This document shows, in pieces, positions 6,468 to 12,128 of a stretch of DNA of 12,128 nt (within the stretch, counting starts at the first letter, position 1; every line of letters begins with the position of its first letter). Under the pieces are notes generated by a model that was not told the origin of the DNA, made no database searches, and saw only the letters and a program-made list of their open reading frames with translations. The stretch comes from a virus. The stretch is from UHGV virus genome UHGV-0067634; one strand, given 5' to 3'. The position numbers were made by a program, and so were the translations under genes.

Positions 6468-6953
6468 ATGAAAAAATCACTGTTAATTATCCCGCTTCTG
6501 CTGGCTGGGTGCGCAAAAGTAAGCGACTATCAGGCAAGTTGCGAGCAACGCTATCCAAAGCTTAGCGATATGGCTAATTGCCTTGATGCCAGCTTGAAGA
6601 ACGACTCTCGCATGGCATCAGCACCAACACCTAAGCTGTATGTCCTTGCTGCGAAGATGCTCGGGCAAGGTGTCGATGAAGGCAAGATAAGTGACACACA
6701 GGCAAGACTTGAACTTCAGAATCTTTATGTTCAATTACAAAGCCAAGAACAAGCACAACAAATAGCACAAAGCCAAGCATTCCAGCAGGCTTTATTGAAT
6801 TATCAGGCTGTAAACACAATGCAAGCGATCGAGCAAAAAGCGCGCCAGCCTGTTATAACTCAACCTTACCCAACACGCGTTGACACATATACAAACTGCA
6901 ATTCAGGATTTGGAAACACGGTAACATGCAACAGTAGCAGTAATATCAGATAG
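6468..6953 (+). CDS. Putative lipoprotein (161 aa) with Gln-rich predicted coiled region; candidate superinfection-exclusion or moron protein
   Basis: ATG at 6468 with a strong AAGGAGAG RBS. N-terminus MKKSLLIIPLLLAGC is a lipoprotein signal peptide with lipobox LAGC, and Ala at +2 suggests outer-membrane sorting. Central Q/A/L-rich segment; two Cys pairs flank it. Occupies the gene16-proximal slot where P22 carries sieA; homology to SieA not established. Confidence 0.7.
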   Translation: MKKSLLIIPLLLAGCAKVSDYQASCEQRYPKLSDMANCLDASLKNDSRMASAPTPKLYVLAAKMLGQGVDEGKISDTQARLELQNLYVQLQSQEQAQQIAQSQAFQQALLNYQAVNTMQAIEQKARQPVITQPYPTRVDTYTNCNSGFGNTVTCNSSSNIR

Positions 6954-6966
6954 TTATATCTTATTT

Positions 6967-8814
6967 TTATTGCTGTTCTGCTGTAATTTGGCTTGAAAGT
7001 ATAGGGCGTATCGCATTTGCAGCATTATTTAGCGCTCTTTCATAGGCTGGTGTTCCTGCTTTGGTGTTTGCCAAACGTAAGAGAGCATTCCTTGCTGCTT
7101 TTGACTCATACAAGCGCATCATTGCACCGAAACCAGCCTCAAGCCCCATTGATACGCCAAGAGTCGTAGTTGCGCCAATCGTCCTTATCCTGTTGGCTTG
7201 CGATTGCCCCGTCTGAGTTACTACATTTGCGGTGTCTGATCTTGCTGTTTGCTGTAGAACTTCATGAAGAGCATCAAGTTCTTTCATGTGCTTTCCAGAA
7301 AAAATAGTGTTGTAAATTTCACCGCCTGACTGAGATTTCAGCTTATTAACTTCCGTGATGAACTTGGCTGGAGAGTCACCGGCCTTTTCCGCTATTTTGC
7401 TGACGTAAGCTGCACGCATAGCATCTTTCCCTTTATCATCCAATGCGCTCCAGATTCGTTTCACGTCAGATGGTTTTCTGCTTAATACAACAGTATTTAT
7501 AAGTTCAGGACTGGCTTCACTGCTTGCCTTGTTGAGCTTGTTAGCAATGTTTTTATTAAGCACCTTATTATAAACGTTTGCATAATCGGAATTTGCTTTA
7601 AGGTATTTTGCTGCGTCTGATGCACCGAGGTTTTTTGCAACTGCGTTACGAAGGTCTTTTGACATTGCATTCTCTACCATATTGGTAGCTGCTTTTGCCT
7701 GGTTGGGGAAGACCATAGCATCCCCCTGAACATTAGATCTAAATGCTGTTCTGTGCTGACGTAGGAGATCAAACGTAACATCCAAATCAGTTGCAGGGTT
7801 TGCTAATTCTTCACGTAGGTTACGCAAGGATGTAAGCAGGCTTTGATTGGCAGACGTCCCAAGCCGTTCCTGTCTTGCGATCGCTGTATTCAGAGCATTC
7901 ATGGTATTTGTGGTATCAACTGCGGCATTACCCATTTTATTGGTGACGTCATTGATAACAGCGCCAGCGGCATCCTTCCGTCCCCTTAACGTGGTGGTCA
8001 GAGATTTCACCACATCATCAGGGTTGTACTCACCAAAACGGTCAAAATAATTGCTTACCAGCTTACTACGCGTTGCATATTGCTCCGCTCGCTTTGAGCC
8101 TGTCCCGAGCAAAGCCCCCTCAGCATCCTGAGTAAGTCCGCGAGTGAAAGCATTTTTCGGCGGGATAACATCAGATGTCATTGGTGTCACGCCCATCGAT
8201 TCTGAGGTGGCAATTTTTTTCGCTACTTCTGGCGCGATATCGCCTTTTATAGCAGTTATTCCACGCCCTATTCCCTTTGCTGCTGCGGAAAGAACACCCT
8301 GAGCGGCAAGGTTAACTCCGGCGTTTATGGCTGCATTTTGCGCGAAATCGCCTTTCTGGTTCGCGGCTTCTGCCAGTGATCCAATAGCCATGCTTCCTGC
8401 CGTTCCAACTCCTGGAACTAAATACCCGCCAATTGTTTCTCCAGCTTGAGCGTAGGGGTCTGTCGGTCGATCGACTGGACGATAGACATCATCCAAAACC
8501 TTGGGGCCACCAAGCCCCTGACTGATTGCATTAATCAGACTTGCGCCGCCCTGTAATACGTCAAATGGTATGTTTACCAGACCACGACCAGCCTGTTCTG
8601 CAATTTGCCCTGCACTTTGACCACCAGTGAGCCAATCGCCAGCTTGTTGCATCAATGATGGTTCTTCCCGTGTTGGTGCATTATTGGCCTGATTAACTAT
8701 TTGTTGCTGAACAGCCTGACCAGCAAAATACTCATCAATGGCGGTGCCAATATCTTCGGTGCCCGTACCATCAGGAAAGGTAAATGTCTTACCGTTTGCA
8801 GTTACTTTCATCAT
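6967..8814 (-). CDS. Ejection (E) protein, P22 gp16-like
   Basis: 615-aa ORF, last gene of the 26-14-7-20-16 block. Start ATG overlaps the gp20 stop (ATGA at 8811..8814). Assigned by position, size and order in a P22-like context. Confidence 0.8.
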   Translation of the reverse strand: MMKVTANGKTFTFPDGTGTEDIGTAIDEYFAGQAVQQQIVNQANNAPTREEPSLMQQAGDWLTGGQSAGQIAEQAGRGLVNIPFDVLQGGASLINAISQGLGGPKVLDDVYRPVDRPTDPYAQAGETIGGYLVPGVGTAGSMAIGSLAEAANQKGDFAQNAAINAGVNLAAQGVLSAAAKGIGRGITAIKGDIAPEVAKKIATSESMGVTPMTSDVIPPKNAFTRGLTQDAEGALLGTGSKRAEQYATRSKLVSNYFDRFGEYNPDDVVKSLTTTLRGRKDAAGAVINDVTNKMGNAAVDTTNTMNALNTAIARQERLGTSANQSLLTSLRNLREELANPATDLDVTFDLLRQHRTAFRSNVQGDAMVFPNQAKAATNMVENAMSKDLRNAVAKNLGASDAAKYLKANSDYANVYNKVLNKNIANKLNKASSEASPELINTVVLSRKPSDVKRIWSALDDKGKDAMRAAYVSKIAEKAGDSPAKFITEVNKLKSQSGGEIYNTIFSGKHMKELDALHEVLQQTARSDTANVVTQTGQSQANRIRTIGATTTLGVSMGLEAGFGAMMRLYESKAARNALLRLANTKAGTPAYERALNNAANAIRPILSSQITAEQQ

Positions 8815-10217
8815 TCCACCGTAAATTGAATGCCTGATTTTGAGGTATATGATCCAACCTGATTCCGTGGTTCTCCTGAAGGTGTCGAATCTTGTGCTGG
8901 CGCTGCGTCAGTATTCATTGACATATACCGCTTAACGGCACTCCCCAATGATTCACCTTTTTTAACATCCAACCCCAATATCTGACCGCCATTACGCGAT
9001 TGTCCAGGGTTGCCATTCGCGCTCATCCACTCGGCTTTAAACTCATTAAACTGCGCGTTTCGTCGCTCAAGGTTTGCCATTGCATCAAGCCATCTTGCGA
9101 CCGTCTCAGGGTTATCCATGTCAGTTGGCGCACCCTGTCGAACGATCTCAACGTCTTTATCCGTTGCTGGGCCGGGAGGTAGGAATTTAAGAACCTGACT
9201 GTTAACAAGGGCATTTTGGCGAATGCGCAAATCACGCAATGTTGTATCGCTTCCGGTAAGTTTTGCGAACATGTTCTGTGCGTTACCGAACAAACCTGTC
9301 GTTGGTTTTTCTGCTCTGAACTGTTGAGCAAGCGCACTCATAGAATTGGCTGAGTTTGATGATGCTGTAGCATTGTTTACAGCCGTCTCGATGCCTTTTT
9401 CCATGTTTACTGACAGCTTAGGTGCTTCGCTAATCAACTGCTGAGCCTTTTCCTGCGCTTGCTGCATCTTAAACCCGAACTCTTGCTGATCCAGAGCCAA
9501 GCGTTGTGCTGCGATATTGTGCCCAGTCATTGCTGACTGATAGGAAAGGTTTTGCCCTCTCGCCTGAAGTGCTTCTCCAGCCTGATTGCTACGGATTGTC
9601 TCTGCCAGCCTGCCTCGGTCAATTTCACGACCAGCCATCTTGTCCTGAACATTGAAGTAGTCAATCGGACCGAGAGCAGCCATCCCAAGGTGATCAACAA
9701 ACTCACCAAATCCTGAAGGATTCTGCTGATACATCTGAGCAACGCTGTTAGGGTCAACACCGACGCGAGTCAGTTCCTTGGCGTTGTTTTGCAGCCATGA
9801 TTGCATTGCTTCTGGAGACGATGACGCAAGGCGTGCGCCAGCCGCTAAGGTGCCGATAGAATTACGCTGCTCTTCATCAATGAATCCCATGCCTTTACGA
9901 ACAGATTCAATCTGGTCTGGATATTGAGTAGCCAACTGACGCAAAGCACCGCGATCACCAGACGCATAAGCATTAGCGTATGCCTGCTGAAATTCTTTCT
10001 GCCGCTGAGCCTGCTTTTCCTGCTGAAAAACACCCGCAATACCTGAAAGACCTTGCAAAGCAGTCAGCCCAACATTTTTAGCGCCTGAACGCTCAATATC
10101 ATTGTTCTGCCTGATAAGCTGAAGCGTATTGCCGATGTCATTTACGTTAGGAGCGTTTGAGTTGACGCCACCGATACCAGCCAACAATCCGCCATTTGAT
10201 CCTTGCCAAGTAGCCAT
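8811..10217 (-). CDS. Ejection (E) protein, P22 gp20-like
   Basis: 468-aa ORF. AGGGG RBS 6 nt before the ATG at 10215..10217. Position and size fit gp20 between gp7 and gp16. Confidence 0.8.
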   Translation of the reverse strand: MATWQGSNGGLLAGIGGVNSNAPNVNDIGNTLQLIRQNNDIERSGAKNVGLTALQGLSGIAGVFQQEKQAQRQKEFQQAYANAYASGDRGALRQLATQYPDQIESVRKGMGFIDEEQRNSIGTLAAGARLASSSPEAMQSWLQNNAKELTRVGVDPNSVAQMYQQNPSGFGEFVDHLGMAALGPIDYFNVQDKMAGREIDRGRLAETIRSNQAGEALQARGQNLSYQSAMTGHNIAAQRLALDQQEFGFKMQQAQEKAQQLISEAPKLSVNMEKGIETAVNNATASSNSANSMSALAQQFRAEKPTTGLFGNAQNMFAKLTGSDTTLRDLRIRQNALVNSQVLKFLPPGPATDKDVEIVRQGAPTDMDNPETVARWLDAMANLERRNAQFNEFKAEWMSANGNPGQSRNGGQILGLDVKKGESLGSAVKRYMSMNTDAAPAQDSTPSGEPRNQVGSYTSKSGIQFTVE

Positions 10218-10226
10218 GATTACCCC

Positions 10227-10919
10227 TTAAAACAACGAGCCAAGCAATCCGATACCAGCGCCAATGCCAGCCCCCCACGGTGTTGATGTTCCAAGAAGGC
10301 TGGCAAGACCTGCACCGGCAATCGCACCAGACGTGCCGCCGCTAATTGCTGTCTGAAGACTTGATGGTTTATTGGCATTAGCAGCGGCAAGTGCTGCGCT
10401 TTGCTGTGCAATGCTGCTCATGTTGTTGGCGTATGTCTGCCCGGCGTTCGCCTGACCTTGCAGCGCACCAAGGCCAATGTTTGCCAGATTGTTGTAGTTG
10501 CTCATCTGGTTTGATAACCAAGACTGACCGAGAGTCGGCGCGATCGTAGCCAGTTGATTGCTTGTGGCTGTCGAACCAAGTCCTCCCGTAGCCTCCGCAG
10601 CAGCAAGACTCTGGTAACGAGCCTGACCTGCAAGGTCTTTATACTGCTGAGAGTTGTAATACTGATTAAGTGCCTGACCCTGTCCTTCTAAACTGGAAAG
10701 GTTCTGAAGCTGGTTAACATACTGCTCCGCAAGCGGCGTGAACGGAGCAAGGTTTTTCATGATTGTCTGCCACTGCTGATTTTGCAGGTCTGCGGCATAC
10801 TTCTGAGCTTCTGCTGCATACTTTGCGCTTTTATCAGAGCTGCCACCTTTCCCGCCTTTTTCAGGGCAATAAGGTTCCTCGCCGCGCAGTTTTCTGCCCA
10901 GCTTAAATGCATATAACAT
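10227..10919 (-). CDS. Ejection (E) protein, P22 gp7-like
   Basis: 230-aa ORF with AGGAG RBS. N-terminus MLYAFKLGRKLRGEE... and a Gly/Ala-rich hydrophobic C-terminal tail (…GAGIGAGIGLLGSLF) fit a membrane-inserting ejection protein. Confidence 0.8.
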   Translation of the reverse strand: MLYAFKLGRKLRGEEPYCPEKGGKGGSSDKSAKYAAEAQKYAADLQNQQWQTIMKNLAPFTPLAEQYVNQLQNLSSLEGQGQALNQYYNSQQYKDLAGQARYQSLAAAEATGGLGSTATSNQLATIAPTLGQSWLSNQMSNYNNLANIGLGALQGQANAGQTYANNMSSIAQQSAALAAANANKPSSLQTAISGGTSGAIAGAGLASLLGTSTPWGAGIGAGIGLLGSLF

Positions 10920-10921
10920 GG

Positions 10922-11377
10922 CTATCTCCTGTGATTCAGGAAGTCGATTAGTTCTTCGCGTGTGGCGCTGTAAAACGTCACGTCATCCACGCCTTTGAAG
11001 TATTTCTTGATGGTTCCTACACGCTTAAGGCCAATCATTGCGCAGTACATCTGCCCGTGGCGGAATTTGCGTGCAGCGAACGATGTGACGCACTGAACGG
11101 TGGTGTTAGTCAGAATGTATCGCCAGAACGCCAGCCCGATTTCCTTGCTGAATCCACGAACCTCTGGCAGGTACATGGCGTGGCAATCGAATGTCAGCGG
11201 CTGAATCTCCTGATAGTAAACAATGCCGCCGAACTGCCCGTGCACGTTCACCTCAAAGTAACGGCAATCAGGTTTGTAGTCGTATCCATCACCGTTGTTG
11301 CTCCCGGCAATAATGTCAGGGTAATTTCCTACTGCCTCTATCAGGTCGATGTTTCGCGTTGGTTTGAATGTAATCAT
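10922..11377 (-). CDS. P22 gp14-like virion assembly protein (assigned by position)
   Basis: 151-aa ORF between the gp26 and gp7 genes. Its start overlaps the gp26 stop (ATGA at 11375..11379). Function inferred from synteny only. Confidence 0.6.
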   Translation of the reverse strand: MITFKPTRNIDLIEAVGNYPDIIAGSNNGDGYDYKPDCRYFEVNVHGQFGGIVYYQEIQPLTFDCHAMYLPEVRGFSKEIGLAFWRYILTNTTVQCVTSFAARKFRHGQMYCAMIGLKRVGTIKKYFKGVDDVTFYSATREELIDFLNHRR

Positions 11378-12078
11378 CAGTCAATCAGCCCATGTAATCT
11401 AAGTGCTGTTTCAAGCGCCAGAATACGCTGCCGCGCCTGCTGCAAACCTGTAGCGAGAGCTGCGACTTCGGATTGTGTGTACGTAGTGCCGACCGTGTAT
11501 GACTGGTTAGCGTTGAATGAGCCAAGAAGTGGCGTACCTGTGGCTGCAGTCCATCCGGTATTTCTTGCTCCAACAACCTGAATTCCATCAACTGAATATG
11601 ATGTTTTTACATTCAGTGGTGACGCAAGAGACTGCGATTCGGTTACGGTTTTCGATACGTAATCACTCTTAATGTCAGATACATCGCTTTCTACGCCCTC
11701 CAGTCTTTTGTCAACAGTGACAAGATGCGCCTGAATATCGATAACCTCATCCAGCAAGTAATCAACATCGCTACGCAGTACGACTATCTTCCCTTCGGCG
11801 GTTGTTAACCTGACCTCAAGGAGATTTATCGCTTTTGTGTTTGCGGTGATTCTTGCATCGTGGTCATCGAGAATCACATCCTGCTCATCGTTCCTGACTT
11901 GTGCGTCATAAGCTCCCTGTCCGGCCTCGTTGGCCTTGTTAGCCACGTTACCAACATCAGTACCCTGTGCGATAACGTACAGCAGATATGACTGCGAGAA
12001 GATATTGCGTGGAAGGACTGATGTGTCGAGTCGTGTAGCCTGAATGATTACCGGCTCATTGAGATTCGAATCAGCCAT
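11377..12078 (-). CDS. Tail needle protein, P22 gp26-like
   Basis: 233-aa [21 protein letters not shown]...[14 protein letters not shown]-terminal region and length fit P22 gp26 as I recall it. AGGA RBS 7 nt upstream. Confidence 0.85.
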   Translation of the reverse strand: MADSNLNEPVIIQATRLDTSVLPRNIFSQSYLLYVIAQGTDVGNVANKANEAGQGAYDAQVRNDEQDVILDDHDARITANTKAINLLEVRLTTAEGKIVVLRSDVDYLLDEVIDIQAHLVTVDKRLEGVESDVSDIKSDYVSKTVTESQSLASPLNVKTSYSVDGIQVVGARNTGWTAATGTPLLGSFNANQSYTVGTTYTQSEVAALATGLQQARQRILALETALRLHGLID

Positions 12079-12128
12079 TACTCAATCCTTATCTGGCAGC
12101 CAGACAGAGTGACAGGTGACTTAGTGAT
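12078..12128 (-). CDS. 3' end of upstream tail gene (gp10-like), partial at window edge
   Basis: Only one minus-strand frame is open to the window edge (...[16 protein letters not shown]). Its TAA stop overlaps the gp26 ATG (TAATG), consistent with translational coupling. Confidence 0.4.
   Translation of the reverse strand: MTKSPVTLSGCQIRIE

Noticed and set aside
6248-6819. ORFs 6248..6463 (plus) and 6631..6819 (minus)
   Set aside because: Antisense to the HExxH ORF and the lipoprotein gene respectively, with no translation signals.
7847-11591. Assorted 60-174-aa ORFs inside or antisense to gp16, gp20, gp7, gp14 and gp26 (e.g. 7847..8050, 9000..9337, 9527..9760, 9845..10039, 10220..10411, 11057..11581, 11385..11591)
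   Set aside because: All lie within the tightly packed, translationally coupled late-gene block and look like frame shadows.
1-12128. CRISPR array or other tandem repeat structure
   Set aside because: No regularly spaced direct repeats seen. The only repeat noted is a short duplicated decamer inside the Gln-rich part of the lipoprotein gene.

Overview
This window reads as the late-gene/immunity-I/tailspike arm of a P22-like podophage or prophage, most likely from Salmonella or a close enteric relative. All calls come from reading the sequence and the ORF track against recalled P22 biology; no searches were run. On the minus strand, high to low coordinates: a partial gene-10-like C-terminus, tail needle gp26, gp14, ejection proteins gp7, gp20 and gp16, then arc, ant and a tailspike. 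On the plus strand: mnt and a 59-aa ORF, a signal-peptide lipoprotein, and an AT-rich acyltransferase-3 gene convergent with the tailspike. The immI region is canonical: the 53-aa Arc, the 83-aa Mnt, the 21-bp Arc operator and the palindromic Mnt operator all match P22 as I recall them. The candidate undescribed content sits in two accessory spots. First, between gene 16 and mnt (the P22 sieA/hkcC/orf59a position) there is a divergent pair: a 121-aa HExxH metallopeptidase-like ORF and a 161-aa lipoprotein. Second, the tailspike is a mosaic (P22-like head-binding domain on a different beta-helix receptor domain) paired with a putative O-antigen acetyltransferase instead of gtrABC. The left edge holds a LexA-box-like palindrome in front of a frame-disrupted ORF. 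No tRNA, rRNA, CRISPR array, integrase or recognisable IS element was seen.
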